Counted from the first letter of the stretch, positions 19,884 to 29,190 are shown. The stretch: 49,172 nt of DNA from an uncultured Planctomycetales bacterium (GCA_964450385.1 CAYVEC010000013.1:1-49172); one strand, 5' to 3'. Translations and numbers: made by a program. Notes: a model not told the origin generated them from the sequence alone.

Positions 19884-21025
19884 TATGTGTATTTCCCATT
19901 GATACGGATGTATTCTTCCGTGAGGTCACAAGTAAACACCGTCGCCGCGGCGTCCCCCAGCTGCAGGTCAGCAGTGATATGGATATGAGACTTCATGGTC
20001 TTGACGCGGATCTTCAGGTTTTTCTCGCTAATCCGCAACCCCAGCGAACCGGCTGCTGCCGCGATCCGTCCCCAATTCGGGTTCGGCCCGTAGGCCGCAG
20101 TTTTGACAAGATTCGAATTCGCGATCGCCTTTGCCACCTGGCGTGCCGTCTTTTCAGTCGGGGCGCCGAGCACATCGATCTGAATGAATTTTGATGCCCC
20201 TTCTCCGTCAAGAACGATCTTCTTCGCCAGGTCAAGACAGACGATCTCCAGGGCGCAGCAGAACCGATCGAAATCCGCTCCCGTGTCCCGGATGACCGCG
20301 TTCCCGGCCTGTCCATTCGCAAGCACAACGACCATATCATTCGTGCTCATGCACCCATCGACGGTGATGCTGTTAAAGGTGCGTTCCGTCACGGTCCGCA
20401 GGGCGAGCCGCAACATCGGCCCGGTGATCGCGGCATCCGTCGTCACAAACGCGAGCATCGTGGCCATGTTCGGTTCGATCATCCCCGATCCCTTGGCGCA
20501 TCCGCCAACCGTCACAACGGCGCCGCCGATCTGGGCCTGGACCGCAAGCTCCTTGAGGATCGTATCCGTTGTCATGATCCCCTGCGCGGCCCGGCGTCCA
20601 CTCTCACGACCGGCCCTGGCCCCGGCAATGATCTCAGGGATCTTGCGCACGATCTTATCAACCGGCAGAGGCTTCCCAATGATCCCGGTCGAGGCCACAA
20701 CGACCTCGGCTGTCTTGATCCCCAAGACCTGCGCCACGGCCTGAGCGGTCGCCTCAGCAGCGACCAGCCCATCGTCTCCTGTAAAACAATTCGCATTTCC
20801 GCTGTTACAAATAATGACCCGGGCCTGCCCCTTTTTTAAATGACGCGCACTCACAACAAGCGGGGCCGCCTTAACAGAATTCCGCGTGTAAACCCCGGCA
20901 GCCAAGCACGGAACCTCGCTCATGATCAGCGACAGGTCCGGTCGGCCCGAGCGCTTGATCCCGCAGCTCAGCCCATTCGCCTTAAATCCCTTCGGTTTCG
21001 TAACCCCGGCTTTATAGATCTTCAT
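19883..21025 (-). CDS. argJ: Glutamate N-acetyltransferase / ornithine acetyltransferase
   Basis: NSGNANC, STGIIG, IMTTD, KGSGMIEPNMATML (autocleavage Thr), STND, DGEGA, TCDLT..YI.IN..YT. Confidence 0.97.
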   Translation of the reverse strand: MKIYKAGVTKPKGFKANGLSCGIKRSGRPDLSLIMSEVPCLAAGVYTRNSVKAAPLVVSARHLKKGQARVIICNSGNANCFTGDDGLVAAEATAQAVAQVLGIKTAEVVVASTGIIGKPLPVDKIVRKIPEIIAGARAGRESGRRAAQGIMTTDTILKELAVQAQIGGAVVTVGGCAKGSGMIEPNMATMLAFVTTDAAITGPMLRLALRTVTERTFNSITVDGCMSTNDMVVVLANGQAGNAVIRDTGADFDRFCCALEIVCLDLAKKIVLDGEGASKFIQIDVLGAPTEKTARQVAKAIANSNLVKTAAYGPNPNWGRIAAAAGSLGLRISEKNLKIRVKTMKSHIHITADLQLGDAAATVFTCDLTEEYIRINGKYT

Positions 21026-21047
21026 TCGTGGCCCCTGTTGAACACGC

Positions 21048-22097
21048 TCATCCGTTAAGAAGTCCCATGGTCTCAGGAAGACCGAACATGATATTCATGT
21101 TCTGAATCGCCTGCCCCGCCGCCCCTTTGATAAGATTATCAATCGCCGACATAATGATGATCACATGATTCGAGGCATCGACACGGACCGCGATATCGCA
21201 GAAATTCGTCCCAACCACATGCTTGATCTCCGGAAGCGACGCACCCTGAAGGACCCGGACAAACGGTTCTGTTTTATAAAACTTTTTATACAGGCTCGGG
21301 ATATTGGCCGGCACCTGTCCCTCCTTCACCACCACATAGATCGTTTCAAAGATCCCATTGTTCATAGGAACGAGATGCGGGGTGAACACGACATTCACCT
21401 CGCCCCCGGCGATCCGCCCGAGATATTGCGCGATCTCGGGGGTATGCTGATGGCCGAGCACCTTATACGCCTTAAAGCTCTCATTGGTCTCGCAGAACAT
21501 GAGCGACCCGTCCACCTTTTTCCCGGCCCCGCTCACGCCGGATTTCGCATCGATGACGATGTTCGCGATCGCCTCCCGATGAAGCCCCACCAGGGGGGCC
21601 AACCCGAGGATCGCAGCCGTGGGATAACACCCAGGGTTTGCGATCAGCGGGGCCTCAGCGATCCGGGTCCGAAAGATCTCGGGGAGCCCATAGACCGCCG
21701 TTGATAACCAGCGCGGGTCCGTGTGTTTCTTGCCGTACCATTTCTTATAGGCCGCGGCCGAGGCGAGCCGGTAATCCCCGCTCAGGTCAATCACCCGGAC
21801 CTTCCGTTTTAAAAGATCGGGCGTCATCGTCATCGAGACCGCGTGCGGAACGGCGAGGAAAACGACATCGCACAACGAGGCGGCCCGCTCAGCGTCGAAC
21901 CGCTCACAATACAGGCGTGTCTGCTTCGCGAGCGCCGGCCAGATATCGCTGACACGACCCTCGGTTGTGTTCGCGGCGACATAGGTCACCCGGACCTGGG
22001 GATGATTCAGAAGAATTTTGAGGGCTGTGAACCCGGAATATCCGCTCAGCCCGACCACACCGACGCGCAGGGGCGTTTTTTTGACAAAATTATTCAT
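21048..22097 (-). CDS. argC: N-acetyl-gamma-glutamyl-phosphate reductase
   Basis: GLSGYSG, DLSGDYRL, ANPGCYPT, SGVSGAG, HQHTPEI, DNLIKGAAGQA. Confidence 0.98.
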   Translation of the reverse strand: MNNFVKKTPLRVGVVGLSGYSGFTALKILLNHPQVRVTYVAANTTEGRVSDIWPALAKQTRLYCERFDAERAASLCDVVFLAVPHAVSMTMTPDLLKRKVRVIDLSGDYRLASAAAYKKWYGKKHTDPRWLSTAVYGLPEIFRTRIAEAPLIANPGCYPTAAILGLAPLVGLHREAIANIVIDAKSGVSGAGKKVDGSLMFCETNESFKAYKVLGHQHTPEIAQYLGRIAGGEVNVVFTPHLVPMNNGIFETIYVVVKEGQVPANIPSLYKKFYKTEPFVRVLQGASLPEIKHVVGTNFCDIAVRVDASNHVIIIMSAIDNLIKGAAGQAIQNMNIMFGLPETMGLLNG

Positions 22098-22134
22098 TGG
22101 GATCTCACTTAAGTATATGAAAAAATAATGATTT

Positions 22135-22163
22135 ATATTAAAGTAAAAAGCCTATCTCGTCAA
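22135..22163 (-). promoter_or_regulatory. Sigma70-type promoter of the arg-lys run
   Basis: TTGACG(22163-22158)-N17-TAATAT(22140-22135); the -35 lies in the loop of the rpsI terminator hairpin. Confidence 0.7.
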
Positions 22164-22188
22164 CTCTTTTATCGAGGGAGATAGGCTT
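22141..22188 (-). terminator. Intrinsic terminator after rplM-rpsI
   Basis: 11-bp stem AAGCCTATCTC (22148-22158) / GAGATAGGCTT (22178-22188), 19-nt loop, followed on the minus strand by UUUUUACUU. Confidence 0.72.
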
Positions 22189-22215
22189 GAAAATACCAAA
22201 ATTATGACTGAATTC

Positions 22216-22611
22216 TTATCGTTTAACCCACTGGAATTTCCTGCGAGCTCCCTTCTGTCCCGGCTTTTTCCTCTCCTTCATCCTCGGATCGCGCCGCATC
22301 ATATCTGCCTTCTTCAGCGTTGGCTTTGACTCCGCGTCAAACTTCACCAAGGCCCGGGCCAAAGCCATGCGAACAGCGCCCGCCTGTCCTGACATGCCGC
22401 CGCCATTGACACTGACATCGATGTCGAATTTTCCTACCGTATTGGTAAGCTTTAACGGCTCAAGGATGGAAATCCGGTCCGTCTCGCGTATGAAATACTT
22501 TTCGAACTCGTTCTTATTAATATAGAATTTTCCGGCGCCCGGCGTTAAATTCACCCGAGCCACGGAACATTTGCGTCGTCCTGTTGCACCATATGTGACC
22601 ATCTCTACCAT
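22216..22611 (-). CDS. rpsI: 30S ribosomal protein S9
   Basis: ATGRRK.SVARV, GGG.SGQAGAVR, RDPRMKERKKPG..GARRKFQWVKR. Confidence 0.99.
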   Translation of the reverse strand: MVEMVTYGATGRRKCSVARVNLTPGAGKFYINKNEFEKYFIRETDRISILEPLKLTNTVGKFDIDVSVNGGGMSGQAGAVRMALARALVKFDAESKPTLKKADMMRRDPRMKERKKPGQKGARRKFQWVKR

Positions 22612-22623
22612 CGAATCTTCCTC

Positions 22624-23073
22624 CTAAACGTCTAACGAAATCGGTTTCTGTGCCACATGCGGATGCCGATCCCCGGCGTAAACGCGCAGGCGTGAGCGGA
22701 GCGAATTCCCGAGCCGCCCTTTCGGCAGCATCCGGTTCACCGCGAGTTCCATGGCCTTCGTCGGAGCGATCTTCATCATATCCTGCAAGACAACGCTCTT
22801 CTGCCCCGATTGATATCCCGAATACCGCTGATATACCTTCTGCTGCAACTTCGCGCCCGTGACACGGACCTTAGCCGCGTTGATAATGATCACACGGTCC
22901 CCTGTGTCCATATGGGGTGTAAAGATCGGCTTATCCTTGCCGCGCAGCACGGCTGCGACCCGAGCGGCCACCCGCCCCAAGATCTTATCCGAGGCATCGA
23001 CCACATAAAATTTTCGATCAATCTCCCCCTCTTTGGGGATATACGTCTTTTGTGTCTTCATTTTTCCCGTCAT
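22624..23073 (-). CDS. rplM: 50S ribosomal protein L13
   Basis: VVDA..KILGRVA, KPIFTPHMDTGD, RMLPKGRLG, HPHVAQKP. Alternative ATG at 23061. Confidence 0.99.
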   Translation of the reverse strand: MTGKMKTQKTYIPKEGEIDRKFYVVDASDKILGRVAARVAAVLRGKDKPIFTPHMDTGDRVIIINAAKVRVTGAKLQQKVYQRYSGYQSGQKSVVLQDMMKIAPTKAMELAVNRMLPKGRLGNSLRSRLRVYAGDRHPHVAQKPISLDV

Positions 23074-23107
23074 CCTTACCCATCCTCACTTTTGACAATG
23101 AGACAAA

Positions 23108-23135
23108 ATTATAACATTAAATCTTTCGCTGTCAA
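23108..23135 (-). promoter_or_regulatory. Strong sigma70-type promoter for rplM-rpsI
   Basis: TTGACA(23135-23130)-N16-TATAAT(23113-23108), with TGt extended -10. Confidence 0.85.
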
Positions 23136-23139
23136 CTTT

Positions 23140-23934
23140 TTATTTCTCGCCACGGTAGACGACCCGAACAAGGGTCAGGCCCCGCGCGGGCGCCGTATCC
23201 CCGGCCTGTGTCCGATCCTTTGAGCGAAGGATCTCCCCCACCCATTCAACCGGCTGCTTTCCGGACCCGACCGCGATCAACGTCCCCACGATATTCCGAA
23301 CCATTTTATACAAAAAACCATTCGCCTCGACCTCGATATGGATCAATCCGGCCCGCTGACGTATCTCCAGCCGGGTGATATGACGCCGCGTGTCCTTTTC
23401 GGCATCACGTTCCCGCCGGGCGGCATCCGCGGCCATGAACGACCGGAAATCATGCCGGCCGATGAGACATGCCGCGGCCGATCGCATCCGCCGAACATTC
23501 AGCCGATAAGGAACATGTGTCGCCGTGCGGCGATAGAGCGGTGACGGCTGAGGGCGATTAAGGATCACATAATGGTAGATTTTACGACGAGCCGAGAACT
23601 GCGCGTGAAAACTTGGCCGGGCATCCGCTGCCTCGAGTACACTGATATCGTCCGGAAGCCGAGCGTTCATCGCCCGTTCAAGGTCTTGAATCGGGATCAT
23701 CGATGAGGTATGAAAATGAGCGACCTGACCAGCAGCATGCACCCCGCTATCCGTGCGCCCTGACCCGATCACCGTGACCTTCTCCTGGATGACGCTCTCA
23801 ACCGCCTCCTCAAGGGTCTGCTGAACGGTCCGCTGCCCACGCTGCCGCTGCCATCCGTTAAAATCCGTTCCATCGTATTCGATCGTCAACCGTACCGTGC
23901 GCATCACCCGCTCAGACCCCCGCGCCCGCGTCAC
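23140..23934 (-). CDS. truA: tRNA pseudouridine(38-40) synthase
   Basis: YDGTDF.GWQ, SGRTDSGVHA (catalytic Asp), HDFRSF, FLYKMVRNIVG. Alternative start at ATG 23904. Confidence 0.97.
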   Translation of the reverse strand: MTRARGSERVMRTVRLTIEYDGTDFNGWQRQRGQRTVQQTLEEAVESVIQEKVTVIGSGRTDSGVHAAGQVAHFHTSSMIPIQDLERAMNARLPDDISVLEAADARPSFHAQFSARRKIYHYVILNRPQPSPLYRRTATHVPYRLNVRRMRSAAACLIGRHDFRSFMAADAARRERDAEKDTRRHITRLEIRQRAGLIHIEVEANGFLYKMVRNIVGTLIAVGSGKQPVEWVGEILRSKDRTQAGDTAPARGLTLVRVVYRGEK

Positions 23935-24926
23935 CGTCCCTGAATGAGACGCTCCGCGATCTGGACCGCGTTAAGGGCCGCCCCCTTTCGGATATTATCC
24001 GAAACAACCCAGAGATTCAGCCCGTTCTCGATCGTCTCGTCCTCTCGGATCCGGCCGACAAAGGTCTCGTCCTTGCCCGCGGCCATGAGCGGCATCGGAT
24101 ACATGTTCTTCGCAAGATCATCCATGACCGCGACGCCCGGCGCCTTTGACAAGAGCTCGATCGCCTTCTGCCGGGTGATCTTTTTCTCGGTCTCGATATT
24201 CACTGACTCGCTGTGACCATAAAAGACCGGGCAGCGGACACACGTGGCCGTGACCCGGATCGAATCATCATTCATGATCTTTTTCGTCTCGTTTACCATC
24301 TTCATCTCTTCTTTGGTATAAAAATTCGGCATGGTCACATCGATCTGCGGAATAAGATTATGCGCGATCTGATACGGAAAGGCCTCCGCCTTCATTGTTC
24401 CGCCGAGCTGGGCCTCGAACTCTTCGATGGCCGGGGTCCCGGCCCCGCTCACCGCCTGGTAGGTCGAGACAACGATCCGCTTGATCCGGGCATAATCATG
24501 AAGGGGTTTCAGCGCGACCACCATCTGGATCGTGGAACAATTCGGATTCGCGATGATCCCCTTGTGGCGGAAAATGTCCTCAGGATTCACCTCAGGAACG
24601 ACGAGCGGCACGCCCGGCTCCATCCGGAAATGGCTCGTATTGTCGATGACGACGGCCCCGGCCTTCACCGCTGAGGGGCTGTACTCGGCGGAGATCTTAG
24701 CCCCCGGCGAGGACAGAACAATGTCAATGCCCTTAAAGGCATTATGGTCCAACTTTGATAATTTGAATTCCCGCCCGTCGATCTCGTACCGCCGAAGGGC
24801 CTCATCAGGATTGAACGATAAGAGCCGAAGTTCATTGACCGGAAATTTTCTCTGCTTGAGAATTTCGAACATGCAGTCCCCGACGGCCCCTCGGATCCCC
24901 GTAATCGCCACATTATATTTTTTCAT
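23931..24926 (-). CDS. asd: Aspartate-semialdehyde dehydrogenase
   Basis: IDNTSHFRM, VVPEVN, ANPNCST, YQAVSGAG, GHSESV, DNIRKGAALNAVQIAE. Confidence 0.98.
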   Translation of the reverse strand: MKKYNVAITGIRGAVGDCMFEILKQRKFPVNELRLLSFNPDEALRRYEIDGREFKLSKLDHNAFKGIDIVLSSPGAKISAEYSPSAVKAGAVVIDNTSHFRMEPGVPLVVPEVNPEDIFRHKGIIANPNCSTIQMVVALKPLHDYARIKRIVVSTYQAVSGAGTPAIEEFEAQLGGTMKAEAFPYQIAHNLIPQIDVTMPNFYTKEEMKMVNETKKIMNDDSIRVTATCVRCPVFYGHSESVNIETEKKITRQKAIELLSKAPGVAVMDDLAKNMYPMPLMAAGKDETFVGRIREDETIENGLNLWVVSDNIRKGAALNAVQIAERLIQGR

Positions 24927-24960
24927 GGATCACCATTCTTTCTACGGATCTATCCTCTGA

Positions 24961-26016
24961 TTATAACTGTTTCACCACGAGATCACCGACCTCGGTCGTG
25001 GAATATCCCATCTTCCCGGCGGCAACGTCCTTAAGCTTGGTCGTCACAACCGTGCGAACAGCGGCCTCGACCTGATCCCCAGCCGTCGTCTCCCCGATCT
25101 GACGGAGCATCATGGCCACGGCGCAGATCGCCGCCAACGGATTGATCACCTTTTTCCCGGTGTATTTCGGCGCGGAACCCCCGATCGGCTCGAACATCGA
25201 AACCCCTTCGGGATTGATGTTCCCGCCGGCCGCCAGCCCCATCCCCCCCTGGATCATGGCCCCAAGGTCCGTGATGATATCGCCGAACATGTTATCCGTG
25301 ACGATCACATCGAACCACTCGGGATTCTTCACGAACCACATTGTCGTCGCATCGACATGGGCATAGTCCGTCTTGACATCGGGATACTCTTTCGCGATCT
25401 CATAGAACGCCCGCTCCCAGAGGTCAAAGGCAAAGGTCAGGACATTCGTCTTGCCGCAGAGGGTTAATTGCTTCTTTCGGCCGTGATGACGCGCATACTC
25501 AAAGGCATAACGCAGGCAGCGCTCGACCCCACGACGGGTGTTATGCGAGATCTGGATCGCGACCTCGTCCGGCGTGCCCTTATGCTGGAATTCCCCCAGA
25601 CCTTTGTAGAGCCCCTCGGAGTTCTCGCGCACGACAACAAAATCAATATCCTCGGGCTTTTTATTTTTTAAAGGGCAGAACCGGTCATCGTAGAGCTGAA
25701 CCGGCCGAAGATTGATGTACTGATCCAGTTCAAAACGAAGACGCAGTAAGATGCCTTTTTCAAGAATCCCGGGTTTCACTTCCGGATGCCCGATCGCCCC
25801 CAAGAAGATCGCGTCGAACTTTTTAAGATCACTCACAGCCGTCGGGGGCAGGACCTCGCCCGTCCGCATATAGCGCTCCCCGCCAAAATCAAAATTCACC
25901 GTCTCGCACGTGAACCCGTTCTTCTGGGCCGCCGCGGCGAGCACCTTTAAGCCCTCGGCCACGACCTCCGGCCCGGTCCCGTCACCCGGGATCGTTGCGA
26001 TCTGATACGTCTTCAT
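24961..26016 (-). CDS. leuB: 3-isopropylmalate dehydrogenase
   Basis: [59 protein letters not shown] before ATG 26016. Fits leuB-asd-truA synteny. Confidence 0.9.
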   Translation of the reverse strand: MKTYQIATIPGDGTGPEVVAEGLKVLAAAAQKNGFTCETVNFDFGGERYMRTGEVLPPTAVSDLKKFDAIFLGAIGHPEVKPGILEKGILLRLRFELDQYINLRPVQLYDDRFCPLKNKKPEDIDFVVVRENSEGLYKGLGEFQHKGTPDEVAIQISHNTRRGVERCLRYAFEYARHHGRKKQLTLCGKTNVLTFAFDLWERAFYEIAKEYPDVKTDYAHVDATTMWFVKNPEWFDVIVTDNMFGDIITDLGAMIQGGMGLAAGGNINPEGVSMFEPIGGSAPKYTGKKVINPLAAICAVAMMLRQIGETTAGDQVEAAVRTVVTTKLKDVAAGKMGYSTTEVGDLVVKQL

Positions 26017-26057
26017 AACTCCCCTTCCCGTTGTGTCTGTCGTTACGTTCACATCCA

Positions 26058-27305
26058 TCAACCATTAAAACGCTTCATGATGATCGTGGCATTATGCCCG
26101 CCAAACCCGAGCGAATTCGACATCGCCACATCCACGGTCATCGCGCGGGCCGTGTTCGGCACATAATCGAGGTCGCATTCCGGATCCGGCGTCTCATAAT
26201 TGATCGTCGGCGGCACCATGTTATCACGGATCGCCTCAACACACGCCACGGCCTCAATCCCTCCGGCGGCGCCGAGGAGATGCCCGGTCATCGATTTGGT
26301 GGAACTGACCGCGACCCGGTGGGCGATATCCTCACCAAGGGCAAGCTTGATCGCCACGGTTTCGATCTTGTCATTCAGACTGGTTGAGGTCCCATGGGCA
26401 TTGATATAATCCACATCTCCGGGCGTCAACCCCGCGTCCTCCAAGGCCAGCCGCATCGCGTCGGCCGCTCCCTCACCGCTCGGCTCAGGGGCCGTCGAAT
26501 GAAAGGCATCCGAGGTCCGTCCGTATCCAACGAGCTCAGCCAGGATCCTCGCCCCGCGCGCCTGGGCGTGCTCCAGGGTCTCCAAGAGGACAACACCCGC
26601 CCCCTCGCCCATGACGAACCCGTCTCGGTTGAGGTCAAAAGGACGGCTCGCGTGCGCCGGCTCATCGTTCCGGCATGACAGGGCCTTCAGCGAGGCGAAC
26701 CCGGCCACCGCGAGCGGCGTCGTCGCGTTCTCTGTCCCTCCGGCCAAAAGGACATCGGCGTCTCCGTATTGGATCATCCGCAAGGCCTCACCGATCGCAT
26801 TAGTCCCGGTCGCGCAGGCCGTGACCACACAGAGGGCGCAATTTCGGGCGCCGGTCTCGATCGCGACCTGCCCGGCCGCTTCATTGATGATAATCTTAGG
26901 AATCAGAAAAGGCGAGACCCGGCTCGGCCCACGTTCAAGAAGCTTTTTGTGCTCTGTTTCGATCGTGTTCATGCTGCCGATCCCGGATCCGATCATCACA
27001 CCGAATCGCTTCTTATCGACGCGCTCGAGGTCAAGACCCGCCTGCCGGACCGCCTCTCGTGACGCGACAACCGCGAACTGAGTAAAACGAGCGAGTTTTC
27101 GAGCATCTTTAACGTTGAAATGATCTTCCGGATTAAAATCAACCGCCCGTCCGCAGATCTGCGAATCAAATCCCATGGGATCAAAATGTTCGATCCTCCG
27201 AATCCCACTCGTCCCGGCCTTGAGCGCCCCCCAAAATTTCTCAACGCCTGTTCCAACTGGAGAGACCACCCCCATCCCCGTGATCACGACCCTGCGTTTC
27301 GCCAT
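26058..27305 (-). CDS. fabF: 3-oxoacyl-ACP synthase II
   Basis: RRVVITGMG, TACATG (Cys), NAHGTST and GHLLGAAG (His/His), NSLGFGGHNA. Confidence 0.98.
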   Translation of the reverse strand: MAKRRVVITGMGVVSPVGTGVEKFWGALKAGTSGIRRIEHFDPMGFDSQICGRAVDFNPEDHFNVKDARKLARFTQFAVVASREAVRQAGLDLERVDKKRFGVMIGSGIGSMNTIETEHKKLLERGPSRVSPFLIPKIIINEAAGQVAIETGARNCALCVVTACATGTNAIGEALRMIQYGDADVLLAGGTENATTPLAVAGFASLKALSCRNDEPAHASRPFDLNRDGFVMGEGAGVVLLETLEHAQARGARILAELVGYGRTSDAFHSTAPEPSGEGAADAMRLALEDAGLTPGDVDYINAHGTSTSLNDKIETVAIKLALGEDIAHRVAVSSTKSMTGHLLGAAGGIEAVACVEAIRDNMVPPTINYETPDPECDLDYVPNTARAMTVDVAMSNSLGFGGHNATIIMKRFNG

Positions 27306-27348
27306 ATCTTATTCTCCCATCGTCTTGGTCACATCGACGTATATAGAC

Positions 27349-27376
27349 GATTGCCCCGATGTAAACCGGGGCAATC
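27349..27376. other. Intercistronic stem-loop between acpP and fabF
   Basis: Perfect 10-bp inverted repeat GATTGCCCCG / CGGGGCAATC with an 8-nt loop and no U-tract. Confidence 0.6.
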
Positions 27377-27410
27377 TGAATGTTACGATCTCTCGGCACA
27401 TCACAGCAGA

Positions 27411-27650
27411 CTAATTACTGGCGACCTTCTCTTCAATATATTTCGTCGCGTCGCCGACCGTGGCCATTTTCTCGGCGTCCTCATCCGGAATCTCAATCCC
27501 GAACTCTTCTTCGAGCGCCATGATCAACTCAACCGTATCGAGCGAATCCGCCCCCAGGTCATCGATAAACGACGCCTCTGGTTTGGCCTCCTCGACCTTG
27601 ACCCCAAGCTGCTCAGCGATAATCGACTTAATTTTTTCTTCAACTGACAT
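27411..27650 (-). CDS. acpP: Acyl carrier protein
   Basis: [10 protein letters not shown] phosphopantetheine site; AAGGAGG RBS before ATG 27650. Confidence 0.98.
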   Translation of the reverse strand: MSVEEKIKSIIAEQLGVKVEEAKPEASFIDDLGADSLDTVELIMALEEEFGIEIPDEDAEKMATVGDATKYIEEKVASN

Positions 27651-27678
27651 ACAATTGCCTCCTTTTAAAAACTGCAAA

Positions 27679-28419
27679 TTAAATACCCATCCCCCCGTCA
27701 ACCAACAACACCTGTCCTGTTATGTAATCCGCATCCGACGATGCCAAAAATAAACATGCCTTCGCGATATCCGCCGGTGACCCCAACCGTTTTAACGGGA
27801 TCACCGCCATGAGACCTTCCTTCACCTGATCGGACAATTTATCGGTCATGGCCGTCTGGATAAATCCCGGAGCCACCGCGTTCGAGGTGATCCCGCGCGA
27901 TGCGAGCTCCTTCGCCACAGTCTTGGTGAGCCCAATGAGCCCAGCCTTGCTCGCGGAATAGTTCGCCTGACCGGCGTTACCGATCACCCCAACGATCGAG
28001 GCGATGTTAATGATCTTACCCTTCCGGGCCTTGACCATACTCCGCGCTACGGCCTTGGTGCAGATGAACGCACCTTTTAAATTCACGTTGAGAACGGCAT
28101 CCCACTCTTCCTCTGTCATCCGCATCAGAAGATTATCCTTGGTGATGCCAGCATTGTTAACTAATATATCAATGCGCTTATGATTGTCAAGAATTTTGTC
28201 CACCAGTTCCTGCACGCTGGCGCCGTCTGTGACGTTACAGACGCAGGCGTCGGCCTTAAACCCTTTCGCCCTCAACTCCGCCGCTGTGACCTCGCAGGCC
28301 TCAGCCTGAATATCTGAGATAATGACAGTCGCCCCCTCCTGCGCAAAGGCGAACGCGATCTCCTTACCAATGCCACGGGCTGAGCCTGTAATTAACGCGA
28401 TCTGATCTTGTAATTTCAT
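27679..28419 (-). CDS. fabG: 3-oxoacyl-ACP reductase
   Basis: [28 protein letters not shown]. Confidence 0.98.
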   Translation of the reverse strand: MKLQDQIALITGSARGIGKEIAFAFAQEGATVIISDIQAEACEVTAAELRAKGFKADACVCNVTDGASVQELVDKILDNHKRIDILVNNAGITKDNLLMRMTEEEWDAVLNVNLKGAFICTKAVARSMVKARKGKIINIASIVGVIGNAGQANYSASKAGLIGLTKTVAKELASRGITSNAVAPGFIQTAMTDKLSDQVKEGLMAVIPLKRLGSPADIAKACLFLASSDADYITGQVLLVDGGMGI

Positions 28420-28461
28420 GGATCCCCCTAAACCGCCCTCTCATTTCATGAATTCGCTTCC

Positions 28462-28489
28462 ATCTTAACAATGCCCGCCTTTTTTGCAA
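28462..28489 (-). promoter_or_regulatory. Sigma70-type promoter for fabG-acpP-fabF
   Basis: TTGCAA(28489-28484)-N16-TAAGAT(28467-28462), with TGt extension. Confidence 0.65.
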
Positions 28490-28498
28490 GTGAAAAAT

Positions 28499-28536
28499 AA
28501 AAAAAGACAGGCGCGATTTCATGCCCCGCGCCTGCC
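28499..28536 (-). terminator. Intrinsic terminator after the rlpA-like gene
   Basis: GGCAGGCGCG / CGCGCCUGUC stem with an 11-nt loop, followed by seven U. Confidence 0.85.
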
Positions 28537-28567
28537 GTATCCCCCTCTGACCGAATATCGGTCATGA

Positions 28568-28999
28568 TTATAGAAATTCGATCTTCACATCGATCAATCC
28601 GTCCCTCAGATCCGCGATCTCATCAAACGCAGCCTTTGAGAGATCAATGATCCTCCCCCGAAACACCAAGCGTTTATGCGGACCGCGGTCATTCACACGC
28701 ACCACGATCGAACGACCGGTCTTCATATTAGTCACCCGAAGCCGTTGATTAAACGGGACATCCCACATGGCACACGTAAAGGCCGTATCATCAAAGATCT
28801 CCATATTCGCCGTGTGCTTCCGGATCCCCGGTGATTGGCGTGAATACCAGGAGGCCTGCCCGTGCAGGGCTGCCTCGATCTCAGCCACAGGATCTGCCGC
28901 GGAAACAACAGAATTCTTCGCGTAGACGCCATGCGCGGTGACCGCAACAAGGGCCATTCCTACAACACTAACGATCCAATAATGACGTCGTCCTCTCAT
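28568..28999 (-). CDS. rlpA: RlpA-like double-psi beta-barrel (DPBB) lytic transglycosylase, catalytic domain only
   Basis: GQASWY, TANMEIFD, VRVNDRGP, RIIDLSKAAF; signal-like N-terminus; AGGAGG RBS. Confidence 0.88.
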   Translation of the reverse strand: MRGRRHYWIVSVVGMALVAVTAHGVYAKNSVVSAADPVAEIEAALHGQASWYSRQSPGIRKHTANMEIFDDTAFTCAMWDVPFNQRLRVTNMKTGRSIVVRVNDRGPHKRLVFRGRIIDLSKAAFDEIADLRDGLIDVKIEFL

Positions 29000-29041
29000 G
29001 CCGTTTCCCTCCTATACCCCGCACAGCACATATTGACCAAA

Positions 29042-29071
29042 AAGATACCACATGGCTCTTAGGTCAGGCAA
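29042..29071 (-). promoter_or_regulatory. Possible promoter for the rlpA-like gene
   Basis: TTGCCT(29071-29066)-N18-TATCTT(29047-29042), with TGg extension. Confidence 0.4.
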
Positions 29072-29190
29072 GGGAAACAGCTGATGAGGCACCGTTCTAA
29101 CGTGTTGAGAGAACAACAGTTGAAAAACGAATGGGATTTTTTTAGAAAACCAGAGAAATTATGTCCGGGAAGGGATCAAAATATCATGGA

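Noticed and set aside
29071-29125. CTGATGA (29081-29087) followed by a weak stem, resembling a hammerhead ribozyme core
   Set aside because: The required GAAA reads GAGA, and there is no partner for stem I or a proper stem III with NUH.
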